Positions 44,128 to 52,225 of a DNA stretch of 64,000 nt are shown piece after piece. This DNA comes from Patescibacteria group bacterium (GTDB lineage Bacteria; Patescibacteriota; Patescibacteriia; UBA9934; GWF2-40-263). The stretch is taken from NCBI GenBank assembly GCA_004297215.1, contig SCUM01000002.1:6270-70269 (forward strand), written 5' to 3'. Each line of letters begins with the position of its first letter. Within the stretch, counting starts at the first letter, position 1. Below the pieces are notes generated by a model. The model was not told the origin of the DNA. It saw only the letters and a list, made by a program, of their open reading frames with translations, and did not search any database. The translations under genes were made by a program, and so were the position numbers.

Positions 44128-44901
44128 TTATATCACCCCTTCCTCTCTCATGATGAATTCCCTCGCGAGACGCTCATACGCCTTGGCCGCCTTGGAACCC
44201 GGATCGTACTGCTGGATGGTCTTCCCGAAGCTCGGCGCCTCCGCGAGCCTCACGCTCCTCGGGATGACGGATCGGAAGATCTTGTTCGGAAAATAGCGGT
44301 AGAGCTCCTCGAGCACCTCCTTGGACAGCCGCGTGCGCGAGTCGTACATGGTGATCACCGCGCCCATCACGTCAAGCTCCGGCTTCACGTTCTCCTTGAT
44401 GAGGTTGATGGTGTTGAGGAGCTGTCCTACCCCTTCGAGCGCGAAGTATTCCGCCTGCACCGGGATGAGCACCGAATCGGCGGCCACGAACCCGTTGAGC
44501 GTGATGATGCCGAGGCTCGGCGGCAGGTCGATGATGACGTAGTCGTAGTCGTTCTTCACTTCAAGCAGCGCCTTGCGCAAGAAATGCTCGCGGTCGGCCA
44601 CCGTGACGAGCTCCACGGCCGCCCCGGCGAGCGCCTGGGTGGCAGGAAGCACCTTGAGCCCCTCGTGCGTGGTCGGCAGCACGGCGTTGCGGGCCGGCAC
44701 GGCGCCCACGAGCGCCTCGTACACGCCGTGAGGAATCGTCCGGTGATCGATACCGAGCCCCGAGGAGGCGTTCGCTTGCGGGTCGAGGTCCACGAGCAGC
44801 ACGAACTTGCCGGCGTCGGCAAGGTACGCCGCCAGGTTCACGGACGTGGTGGTCTTCCCCACCCCGCCCTTCTGGTTCGCGATCGCCACGACATGCCCCA
44901 T
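44128..44901 (-). CDS. parA: chromosome partitioning ATPase ParA/Soj
   Basis: Deviant Walker A IANQKGGVGKTTTSVNLA. Start taken at the MGHVVAI Met. Confidence 0.9.
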   Translation of the reverse strand: MGHVVAIANQKGGVGKTTTSVNLAAYLADAGKFVLLVDLDPQANASSGLGIDHRTIPHGVYEALVGAVPARNAVLPTTHEGLKVLPATQALAGAAVELVTVADREHFLRKALLEVKNDYDYVIIDLPPSLGIITLNGFVAADSVLIPVQAEYFALEGVGQLLNTINLIKENVKPELDVMGAVITMYDSRTRLSKEVLEELYRYFPNKIFRSVIPRSVRLAEAPSFGKTIQQYDPGSKAAKAYERLAREFIMREEGVI

Positions 44902-45176
44902 ATCGCGGGTAGTATAGAGGAGGGGGGAGGAAAGCGGAAGGGTGAAAAATGGCGGGTTGACACCCGATTCTCGCTGCCCTAAGGTCTTCCGGTCAGCCAT
45001 CAAGGTCATGGACCGAGAAAAGGACACGTTTCAATACCAGGCAATGCCCCTGCGGTTGTCCACCGCCCGGAAGAGAGACGTGAAACCTGGCTGTACGCTT
45101 AAAGAGGAGGAAGGCTGCGATCCGAGGATGCTGCAGATCCGAGGATTGGGCGGGATCCGCCGTAGGGGCTCTTTTC

Positions 45177-45587
45177 ATGGGAGGGAACATGGCTCGGATC
45201 CGTCATCGCAAACGGATCGGCCTGAACCCTGATCCGGACTACGAACTCGTACTCGAAGAGTATCGGACGCGCGTGCGTGCGACCGTGTCATTCGAGGCCG
45301 TGCTGAAGCGCCTCGGCTATACCTTCCGGAAGACCGCGCACGGGAACCTGGTTCGATGCTGCCTCTTCCACGCAGAGAAGAGCCCGTCGCTCCGGTTCGT
45401 GACGCGCGCCGGATTCTTCTACTGCCACGGCTGCAAGGCGGCCGGCGACGCGGTCGAGTTGGTCCGCAGACGGCTCGGTTCGCACGGCGCGTTCAAATTC
45501 TTCCGTCGCCACTTCGGCATCGAACCGCCGAACAACCGGAAGTTCTATCTCGACCGGCTGAAAGCGCGCGGCGTATGGCTTCCTTGA
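45177..45587 (+). CDS. stand-alone CHC2 zinc-finger protein (DnaG/phage-primase-type zinc finger)
   Basis: CCLFHAEKSPSLRFVTRAGFFYCHGCKAAGDAVELV matches the CHC2 motif. Real start possibly the ATG at 45189. Confidence 0.6.
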   Translation: MGGNMARIRHRKRIGLNPDPDYELVLEEYRTRVRATVSFEAVLKRLGYTFRKTAHGNLVRCCLFHAEKSPSLRFVTRAGFFYCHGCKAAGDAVELVRRRLGSHGAFKFFRRHFGIEPPNNRKFYLDRLKARGVWLP

Positions 45588-45616
45588 TCCGACGGTCTGA
45601 CCGTCGGATTTTTTAT
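45588..45616 (+). terminator. rho-independent terminator
   Basis: ATCCGACGG-tctga-CCGTCGGAT followed by TTTTTTAT. Confidence 0.6.
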
Positions 45617-45664
45617 AACAAAAACACCCGTCCGGAGAGCGGGGTCCTTCGACAAGCTCAGGAC

Positions 45665-45693
45665 AAAAAATCCTCTCCGAAGAGAGGATTTTT
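45665..45693. terminator. bidirectional terminator closing the tRNA operon
   Basis: AAAAAA-TCCTCTC-cgaa-GAGAGGA-TTTTTT, abutting the tRNA-fMet 3' end. Confidence 0.65.
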
Positions 45694-45770
45694 TGGTTGC
45701 GGGGGCGGGATTTGAACCCGCGACCTCCAGGTTATGAGCCTGGCGAGCTGCCTGGCTGCTCTACCCCGCG
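45694..45770 (-). tRNA. initiator tRNA-fMet (CAT)
   Basis: C1xA72 mismatch at the top of the acceptor stem, an A11:U24 pair and anticodon loop CTCATAA. The anticodon stem has only two of the three usual G-C pairs (29:41 is A-U). Confidence 0.8.
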
Positions 45771-45791
45771 ATCATTCTGCGTTGAGAATCC

Positions 45792-45868
45792 TGGTAGCTG
45801 GGGCCGGGATCGAACCGGCGACCTCAGGCTTATGAGTCCCGCGCTCTAACCAACTGAGCTACCCAGCC
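45792..45868 (-). tRNA. elongator-type tRNA with CAT anticodon (tRNA-Met or lysidine tRNA-Ile2)
   Basis: GGCTGGGTAGCTCAGTTGGTTAGAGC...CTCATAA...GGTTCGATCC; G1:U72 and a 31:39 A/G mismatch. Confidence 0.75.
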
Positions 45869-45943
45869 ATAACCTCGTAACCAAGTCCGACGCGCTGATG
45901 CGGTCGGACCCCCGACCCCCCAGAATCCCTTTGGGCGTCGGGG

Positions 45944-45960
45944 CTGAGCTACCCAGCCAT
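45944..45960. other. 17-nt duplicate of the 5' end (acceptor plus D-stem) of the adjacent CAT tRNA
   Basis: ctgagctacccagccat at 45944-45960 is identical to 45854-45870. Confidence 0.4.
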
Positions 45961-46047
45961 CATGGCTCGGAAAGGATAGTCGATTGCCACATCTTTGGCA
46001 AGTCTCGCTGGCACCGCCAGCCGAAGCTCCTCTCAAGGAGCGAAGGC

Positions 46048-46133
46048 TGGTGCTGGAGGAGGGAGTCGAACCCTCATGCCCTTGCGGACAGCGGATTTTG
46101 AGTCCGCCGCGTATACCATTCCGCCACTCCAGC
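46048..46133 (-). tRNA. tRNA-Leu (CAA)
   Basis: GCTGGAGTGGCGGAATGGTA..., anticodon loop CTCAAAA and a long variable arm, ending CTCCAGCACCA. Confidence 0.85.
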
Positions 46134-46218
46134 GCGGGGCGAATGTAACACGTTTTTCTCTCATCGTCCATCCCTTCCCATGCCCGGGGATTCGTGGTAC
46201 CTTAGCCCCGTTCAAGCT

Positions 46219-46683
46219 ATGACCCTCACCACCCACGCCACCCTGGGCGCCGTCATCGGAGGCGCCACCGGGAACCCCGCCCTCGCCTTCGTCGGCGGGT
46301 TCGTGTCGCACCTGCTCATCGACATGATCCCCCACGGCGACACCGGCATCAGCGACAACTTCCGCGTGCACAAGACCAGGCAGAATCGCGCGGTCGCCTA
46401 CGTGACAGTGGACGCGATCGTGGCCATCCTGTTCGTGCTCGTGATTGCCAACACGCGTGACATCGACCACACGCGCACGTTCACCTGGGGGATCATCGGC
46501 GGCGTGCTGCCGGACCTGCTCGTGGGCGTCTATGAGATTACCAAGACTCCGTTCTTGAAGTGGTTCAACGTGGTGCACTTCTTCTTCCACGACTTCTTCG
46601 TGAAACGCCGCGGCGACGTCCCGCTGTACTACGCCCTCCTCGCCCAGGTGGTGCTCATCGCGTATTTGCAGACGAAGTTGTGA
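46219..46683 (+). CDS. YdjM-family membrane-bound metal-dependent hydrolase (putative)
   Basis: His-containing THATLGAVIGG...FVSHLLIDMIPHGDTG segments reminiscent of YdjM. Start uncertain (46180 or 46219). Confidence 0.5.
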   Translation: MTLTTHATLGAVIGGATGNPALAFVGGFVSHLLIDMIPHGDTGISDNFRVHKTRQNRAVAYVTVDAIVAILFVLVIANTRDIDHTRTFTWGIIGGVLPDLLVGVYEITKTPFLKWFNVVHFFFHDFFVKRRGDVPLYYALLAQVVLIAYLQTKL

Positions 46684-46685
46684 AG

Positions 46686-46800
46686 GTGGTAAAGGTTTGA
46701 AGGGTTGTAAGGGTTTGAAGAGTGATGGACAGCCGGTCATATGCCGGCTGTTTTTCGATTCCAACACTCTTACAACCTTTCAAACCCTTACAACCTCTTC
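46686..46800. repeat. family-2-like palindromic element around a convergent terminator
   Basis: gtttgaagggttgtaagggtttgaagagtg...CAGCCGG-tcatat-gCCGGCTG-TTTTT...cactcttacaacctttcaaacccttacaacc; it contributes the last codons and stop of the GT gene. Confidence 0.45.
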
Positions 46801-47940
46801 TAGAACTTTCAACGTCTCCCTCGCCGCCCGTTCCCACGTGAACGCGGCAGCTCTTCGTTTTCCCTCTTCGACCAGCTCTTTCGTCCCGTCAGGCAAGAGC
46901 AGGCACTGGGCGAGCGCGAGCGACATCGCTTCCGCGTCGTCGGGAGCCACCAGGATGCCGGCATCGCCCACCACTTCCGGGAGCGCCCCGCCGGTGCTCG
47001 CGATCACCGGCACCCCGGCGGCCATGGCCTCGAGCGCGGGGAGCCCGAACCCTTCGTGCCAGGACGGGATGAGCAGTGCTCCGGCGCGCGCGAGCAGGCT
47101 CCACTTCTCCTGCTCCGTGACGGCGCCGAGCACGCGAACCAGGCCGTCCGGCGCATGCGCGCGCCACGCCTCGTTCACCGCGTCCGCGGCCGCGAGCGTA
47201 TCCTCCGCTTTCCAGCCGATCGCTCCGGCGATCACGTAGCGCGATCCGGCGGCGCGGTCCGGACAGCGGCGAAGGTACGCGTCGAACGCGCGGATCGCGG
47301 TCGCGTAGTTCTTGCGCGGCTCCACCGTGCCGATGGAGAGCACCAGGTCGTCGGGCTGCGACGCGCGCGCGAAGGCGTCCGGAAGCGATACGCCCTCATG
47401 GATGACGACGGTCTTCCCCGACGATTCGGGGAACCGCGCCGCAAGCGAGGCCCGTGTCGCCCGGGAAACCGCGATGACGGCCGCGGCCCGGCGCACGCTG
47501 CGCGGGAAGATGAGTCGACGCGACCAGTTATCCCGGTCGCCCTCCGGAAACCAGTCGGGATGGTCGTACACGGACAGGTCGTGGACCGTGACGACCGACG
47601 GCCCGCGCCAGCCCAGCGGCGCTTCCCCGCTCGGACAAAACAGCAGGTCCGGCCGTTCCATCATGAGCCGGATCGGCGTGACGAGATGCCTCCCGACAAA
47701 CGGCAGTCTCCTCCTCCCCATCCTCACGACCCTGAGGCCTGTGGCCTTGTCCGCCTGAGGCCTCACCGCCTTCAACTCCTCCTCCTCCCGTCGCGAAAAC
47801 GCCGCCGGGACGGCGACGACGAGCGGATGCGAGGTAAGCGCGCAGAGCGCTCGGACGATCGACCAGGTGTAATGGCCGATCCCGGCGCCGCGGCTGCCGT
47901 CTAAGGCGCAAATGTCCCTAGCGTCGATGGCGATGGTCAT
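46780..47940 (-). CDS. glycosyltransferase family 4
   Basis: MTIAIDARDI... N-terminus and EGFGLPALEAMAAGVPVIAS GT4 C-domain. Start taken at the internal Met (TGATG overlap with the upstream gene). Contains an in-frame family-1 repeat. Confidence 0.85.
   Translation of the reverse strand: MTIAIDARDICALDGSRGAGIGHYTWSIVRALCALTSHPLVVAVPAAFSRREEEELKAVRPQADKATGLRVVRMGRRRLPFVGRHLVTPIRLMMERPDLLFCPSGEAPLGWRGPSVVTVHDLSVYDHPDWFPEGDRDNWSRRLIFPRSVRRAAAVIAVSRATRASLAARFPESSGKTVVIHEGVSLPDAFARASQPDDLVLSIGTVEPRKNYATAIRAFDAYLRRCPDRAAGSRYVIAGAIGWKAEDTLAAADAVNEAWRAHAPDGLVRVLGAVTEQEKWSLLARAGALLIPSWHEGFGLPALEAMAAGVPVIASTGGALPEVVGDAGILVAPDDAEAMSLALAQCLLLPDGTKELVEEGKRRAAAFTWERAARETLKVLEEVVRV
47731..47770. repeat. 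family-1 repeat copy in-frame inside the GT4 CDS
   Basis: cctgaggcctgtggccttgtccgcctgaggcctcaccgcc, translated on the minus strand as ...AVRPQADKATGLRVV.... Confidence 0.45.
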
Positions 47941-48401
47941 CAGAAGAGGGCGATACCGCCGGTGGTGACGGCGAGGATCGCGAGGGCGGACACGAGCACG
48001 CCCAGGGCGATCGCCGGGAACGCCACTGCGAACGGGATCCCGAACAGCACCGAGAGGAGGGTCGCAGTCCACATGCCGGTGCCGGGGAACGGCGCGACGA
48101 CGAACACGAAGATCGCCACGGCGCTCGCCGTCTCGAAGGACTTCCGATGTTTTTCCTTCACCGCATGGAAATACGTCTGCATGAACGCATGGAACCGCGG
48201 ACTCACGCGCTCGAGGGACCGCAACGCGATCGGAAGCGTGAGGTAGATGAACGGCACGGGGACCAGGTTGCCGATCACGGATGCCGCGAACGCCACGAAC
48301 GTGGGGAGCTTGTACGCGAGGATTCCCAATGGCAACGCGCCGCGCGTCTCGATGACGGGCAGCATGGCAATACACATCACTTGGATCCAGGCGGGGATCA
48401 T
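47940..48401 (-). CDS. small multi-pass membrane protein (COG2426/Sm_multidrug_ex-like, function unknown)
   Basis: PVIETRGALPLGI and PFPGTGMWTATLLSVLFGIP motifs resembling the putative small multidrug-export family. Confidence 0.5.
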   Translation of the reverse strand: MIPAWIQVMCIAMLPVIETRGALPLGILAYKLPTFVAFAASVIGNLVPVPFIYLTLPIALRSLERVSPRFHAFMQTYFHAVKEKHRKSFETASAVAIFVFVVAPFPGTGMWTATLLSVLFGIPFAVAFPAIALGVLVSALAILAVTTGGIALF

Positions 48402-48411
48402 GGGAGGCAGG

Positions 48412-49398
48412 TCATGACTTCTGTTCGTCAGGCCATTTGTACACCTTAAAGGCCCACGCGGCGAGCGCTTTCGCGTCCTGGAACCGGCCGTCCTTGCTGT
48501 CGGAGCCGAGCACGACCACGATGACCTCGTGGCCGCCCCCTTCGGAGACGATGGAGCCGAAACAGTATCCGGCCTCCGGCAGGAATCCGGTCTTCCCGCC
48601 CACGATGCGGTAGGGCGGCCTGTTCATGAAGGTGCCCAGCAGGTCGTTCGTGCTCTCCACGCGGTAGGTGCGTCCCGACGCGCCGCGGATGTCCACGGCG
48701 GAGAGCTCGGTGGCCGCGCGGATCTCCTCCACCTGCATGGTGCGGTCGATCATGCGCACGAGGTCCGGGGCGATGGACCGGTTGTCGGAGGAAAGCCCGG
48801 TCTCGTCCACGAACGTGGTCTTGCGCATCCCCATCTCGGCGGCCGTCTCGTTCATGCGGGCCACGAAATCCCCGCCCGGGAGGCCGGAGAGGCGGACGAG
48901 CGCGGCGGTAGCCGTGTTGTCCGACCCCACCAAGCTCGCGCGAAGGAGGTCGCGAACCGTCACTTGGTCGCCGCCCGAGAGGTGCTGCACGCCTCCCGCG
49001 CGGACGTCGGAGGACTGGATCTCCGCCGGGGCGGACAGGTCAGGCCGACCTTCCAGGAACACGTACGCGGTCATGAGCTTGGTGATGGATCCGATGGAAC
49101 GCGGCTCCTCGGCATTCTTCTCGAACAGCACCTCGCCGGTCGCGCGGTCCACCACCATGGCGCTCACGGCCGTGGTCACCACCCCGAGGCTCTCCGCCTC
49201 CACTTTCACAGGCTTGCGGTCGCCCGCCTCCGGAAGGATCGGCCGGGCCATGAGGGAGAGCGCGTCGCGGACCCCGGCGCCCTCGCGCGGGGCGGACACG
49301 GGGAGCGTGGCCGCGCGTTCAACAACCCCCGCGTCGATCGGGAACATCTGGAACAGCGTCGTGGCAAGGATGAGTTGGGCGGCGAGCCGGATGATCAT
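48412..49398 (-). CDS. dacA: D-alanyl-D-alanine carboxypeptidase (peptidase S11, PBP5/6-like)
   Basis: SxxK active-site motif within RSIGSITKLMTAYV. Start taken at MIIRLAAQ...; the longer ORF overlaps scpB. Confidence 0.8.
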   Translation of the reverse strand: MIIRLAAQLILATTLFQMFPIDAGVVERAATLPVSAPREGAGVRDALSLMARPILPEAGDRKPVKVEAESLGVVTTAVSAMVVDRATGEVLFEKNAEEPRSIGSITKLMTAYVFLEGRPDLSAPAEIQSSDVRAGGVQHLSGGDQVTVRDLLRASLVGSDNTATAALVRLSGLPGGDFVARMNETAAEMGMRKTTFVDETGLSSDNRSIAPDLVRMIDRTMQVEEIRAATELSAVDIRGASGRTYRVESTNDLLGTFMNRPPYRIVGGKTGFLPEAGYCFGSIVSEGGGHEVIVVVLGSDSKDGRFQDAKALAAWAFKVYKWPDEQKS

Positions 49399-49408
49399 GG
49401 GGTCAAGG

Positions 49409-49960
49409 CTATTCGGCCGGCATGGCGTTGAGCTCCTCGAGCATCTTGCCGATGCGCTCGTTGCCGTGGAGGTCGCCGTATTGCGGCAACTCCGACGCGG
49501 CGTGCACGCCGAGGTGGCGGAGGAACTTGAGCGAGACGGTGTACACGGGCTGGAGGCGCGCAACGTCATCGGCCTCCTCGATGAGTCCGCGCAAGGCAAG
49601 GTTGCGCAGGATGAGGGAGCAGTTGATCCCGCGGATCTGCTCGATCTCGGGCTTGGTGATCGGCCCGCGGTACGCGATGATCGTGAGGGTCTCCAGGCTC
49701 GGGCGCGTCAATTCCCCGCTCGCCTCCTGCTTGAGCATCGCCGCGAGCGCCTCGGCGCATGAGGGGTTGGTGGCGAACTGCACGGCGCCGTCAGCTTCCA
49801 CCAGGTGAATGCCGCTCGTTTCCGCGTTGAAACGCGCCTTCACGTCGTCGAGCGCCTCGCGCAGCACCTCGTCGGACACGCCAAGCGCCTTCTTGAGCGT
49901 CGTGACGGTGAGGGGCTTCGCCGAGGCGAAGAGGATGGCTTCGAGGGTCGTGGTGATCAT
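49409..49960 (-). CDS. scpB: segregation and condensation protein B
   Basis: Two winged-helix repeats; begins LEAILFASAKPLTV.. Confidence 0.85.
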   Translation of the reverse strand: MITTTLEAILFASAKPLTVTTLKKALGVSDEVLREALDDVKARFNAETSGIHLVEADGAVQFATNPSCAEALAAMLKQEASGELTRPSLETLTIIAYRGPITKPEIEQIRGINCSLILRNLALRGLIEEADDVARLQPVYTVSLKFLRHLGVHAASELPQYGDLHGNERIGKMLEELNAMPAE

Positions 49961-49962
49961 AG

Positions 49963-50035
49963 GAGGAGGCGTGAAGGCTGTAGGCGTGAAGGCATCAGGG
50001 GATTCCTGGGGCCTTGTCGCCTGAGGCCTTCCGGT
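49963..50035. repeat. family-1 palindromic repeat filling the scpA-scpB spacer
   Basis: Arms ggcgtgaaggctgtaggcgtgaaggcatcagggg and ggccttgtcgcctgaggcctt. Confidence 0.6.
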
Positions 50036-50734
50036 CTAATCAGCTCTCGCGATCGTGATGTCCGCGAAAGAATCGCTCTGGGCCACGCGCACCACGCGCT
50101 GCTTCACGAGCTCGAGCAGCGCGAGGAAGCTCACCACCACGTCCACCTTGCTCGCGGCGCCGGCGGACACCTCGCGGAACGTAAGCCGCGCGCGTTCGAG
50201 GATGGCGCGGTGGATGTCGCGGATGCGCTCTTGGACGGACACGACGCGTTCCATGGCCGTCTGGCGCAAGGCAAAGAACGGCTCGAGGCGCTTGAGCATG
50301 ACGTGGAAGGCGTCGGCGAGCGTCTGGGGGGAAATCCCTTCCGGCGGCGAGAACGAGGCGACGGCGACGGCCTTGGCACGCTCGCGCGCGAACATGTTCG
50401 CCGGGGCGTTCCACAGCGCCTCGATCCCCTTGCTCGCGTCCGCGAACTCCTTGTACATCTTGAGCTGCAGCGCGAGCGCATTGCCGTCCACTTCTTCCTC
50501 CACCGCGAGCTGCGGCAGGATCGCCTTGCTCTTGAGGAGCAGCAGCTTGGTGGCGACCATCAGGAAATCGGCGAGCTCCTCGGCCGGCACGTCGGTCGCG
50601 TTCACGTAACGCAAATAGTCGTCCGCCACCTTCGCGAGCGACACCTCGGTGATGGGCAATTCCTCCCGCTCGATGATCTCAAGCAGGAGCTGGAGCGGCC
50701 CGGAAAATTTCTCAAGGGAGACGGCGAAAGGCAT
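50036..50734 (-). CDS. scpA: segregation and condensation protein A
   Basis: FSGPLQLLLEIIEREELPITEVSLAKV, the ScpA N-terminal signature. Confidence 0.85.
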   Translation of the reverse strand: MPFAVSLEKFSGPLQLLLEIIEREELPITEVSLAKVADDYLRYVNATDVPAEELADFLMVATKLLLLKSKAILPQLAVEEEVDGNALALQLKMYKEFADASKGIEALWNAPANMFARERAKAVAVASFSPPEGISPQTLADAFHVMLKRLEPFFALRQTAMERVVSVQERIRDIHRAILERARLTFREVSAGAASKVDVVVSFLALLELVKQRVVRVAQSDSFADITIARAD

Positions 50735-50736
50735 GA

Positions 50737-50812
50737 GGGCGTGAAGGCGATAAGGCCTCAGGGATTATACCAGTTTTCCTGCGGCCTTCCTGCCTGAGGC
50801 CTTCACGCCTTC
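50737..50812. repeat. family-1 palindromic repeat; supplies the last codons and stop of aspS
   Basis: The arm set gggcgtgaaggcgataaggcctcaggg (central spacer) tgcggccttcctgcctgaggccttcacgcc; on the minus strand the right arm encodes ...RKA-stop. Confidence 0.6.
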
Positions 50813-52224
50813 CGAATATGCACCTCCCGCAGCGCCTTCTCGGGCATGTCGCTCGGCGCTCCCATCATCGGATCCCGGGCGTCGCCGGTCTTCGGGAAGG
50901 CGATGACCTCGCGAATGTTGGGCTCATTGCACAGGAGGGCGATCAGGCGGTCGAGGCCCAGCGCGATGCCGCCGTGCGGAGGCGCGCCGAAGGGGAACGC
51001 CTCGAGCATGTGCCCGAACTGCGCCTTGATGTCATCGAGCGCGAACCCCATGATCTCGAACACGCGCTGCAGCGCCTCCGGCTCGTGGTTCCTTATGCTC
51101 CCGCCCCCGATCTCAAACCCGTTGAGCACGACGTCATACTGGCTGGTGAGGATGCTGCCGATGTCCTTCTTCCCCATGAGCGCCTCGCGGTGCTCCGGCA
51201 CGGCGCGCGAGAACGGGTTGTGCGTGAACGTCCATCCCTGTCCTGAGCCTGTCGAAGGGCCGCCATCCTCCGTCTTCTCAAAGAACGGGAAGTCGATCAC
51301 CCAGCAGAACGCGAGCAGGTTCGGGTCATTCTTGTCCTCGCGGATGTCCGGCCGATCATTCCCATATTTCTCCATCGACTCCTTGTAGCTCATGCGCGGG
51401 AACGGTACTTGCTGGATGCGTTTCTCCGGCGACTGCTCCTTCACGAGCTTCACGAGCATCCCCTCGATGAGCCCCATCACGTCCTCGCGCTCCACGAAGC
51501 TCATCTCGAGATCCACCTGCGTGAACTCCGGCTGGCGGTCGCCGCGCTGGTCCTCGTCGCGGAAGCACCGGGCGATCTGGAAGTAACGCTCCTTCCCGGC
51601 CACCATCAGGAGCTGTTTGTGCTGCTGGGGCGACTGCGGGAGCACGTAGAACTTGCCCGGATGCACGCGGCTGGGCACCAGGAACTCGCGCGCGCCCTCG
51701 GGCGTCCCCTTGGTGAGAATCGGGGTTTCCACCTCGGTGAAGTGCTCGCCATACAGGTGTTCGCGGATGAACCGCGTGATGGCGCTACGCTTCCACATGT
51801 TCCTGTGCATCCGGTCCGAACGCAGGTCGAGGTAGCGATACTTGAGGCGCAGCTCCTCGTTGATCCCGCTCGTGTCCTTATCGATCTCGAACGGCGGCGT
51901 CTCGCAGGCGTTGAGGATCGCCACGCGCTTGGCCGAAAGCTCCACGGCGCCGTTGCGCTCCCCTTCCTTCGCCTGCTTCGCGCCGCGCGCCTTCACCTCG
52001 CCCTCGATCTCGAGCACGTACTCGGTTTTGATCGAGTCCACCGCCGCGGCCACTTCAGGCGACAGGTCGGGCTTGTAGCAGACGACCTGAAGGATGCCGC
52101 TGCCGTCGCGCAGGTCAATGAACACCAGCTTGTCGCCCATCACGCGCACCGACTTCGCCCACCCCTTGAAGGTCGCCGTCTGCCCGGCCATGTCCGCCGC
52201 GTCGTGAATCCAGGTTCGTTCCAT
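50803..52224 (-). CDS. aspS: aspartyl-tRNA synthetase (short, bacterial-type core)
   Basis: QIARCFRDEDQRGDRQPEFTQVDLEMSF motif 2 and GGIALGLDRL motif 3; 473 aa. Confidence 0.9.
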   Translation of the reverse strand: MERTWIHDAADMAGQTATFKGWAKSVRVMGDKLVFIDLRDGSGILQVVCYKPDLSPEVAAAVDSIKTEYVLEIEGEVKARGAKQAKEGERNGAVELSAKRVAILNACETPPFEIDKDTSGINEELRLKYRYLDLRSDRMHRNMWKRSAITRFIREHLYGEHFTEVETPILTKGTPEGAREFLVPSRVHPGKFYVLPQSPQQHKQLLMVAGKERYFQIARCFRDEDQRGDRQPEFTQVDLEMSFVEREDVMGLIEGMLVKLVKEQSPEKRIQQVPFPRMSYKESMEKYGNDRPDIREDKNDPNLLAFCWVIDFPFFEKTEDGGPSTGSGQGWTFTHNPFSRAVPEHREALMGKKDIGSILTSQYDVVLNGFEIGGGSIRNHEPEALQRVFEIMGFALDDIKAQFGHMLEAFPFGAPPHGGIALGLDRLIALLCNEPNIREVIAFPKTGDARDPMMGAPSDMPEKALREVHIRKA

Positions 52225-52225
52225 A

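Noticed and set aside
46780-48375. Full 531-aa ORF as the glycosyltransferase
   Set aside because: The N-terminal 145 residues are Arg/Pro-rich and overlap the upstream membrane-protein gene in another frame. The GT4 fold begins at the internal Met (MTIAIDARD), which is start-stop coupled (TGATG) to the upstream gene.
48412-49599. 395-aa ORF for the carboxypeptidase
   Set aside because: The N-terminal 67 residues (Ser/Thr/Arg-rich) overlap scpB; the signal-peptide-like true start is MIIRLAAQLILATTLF.
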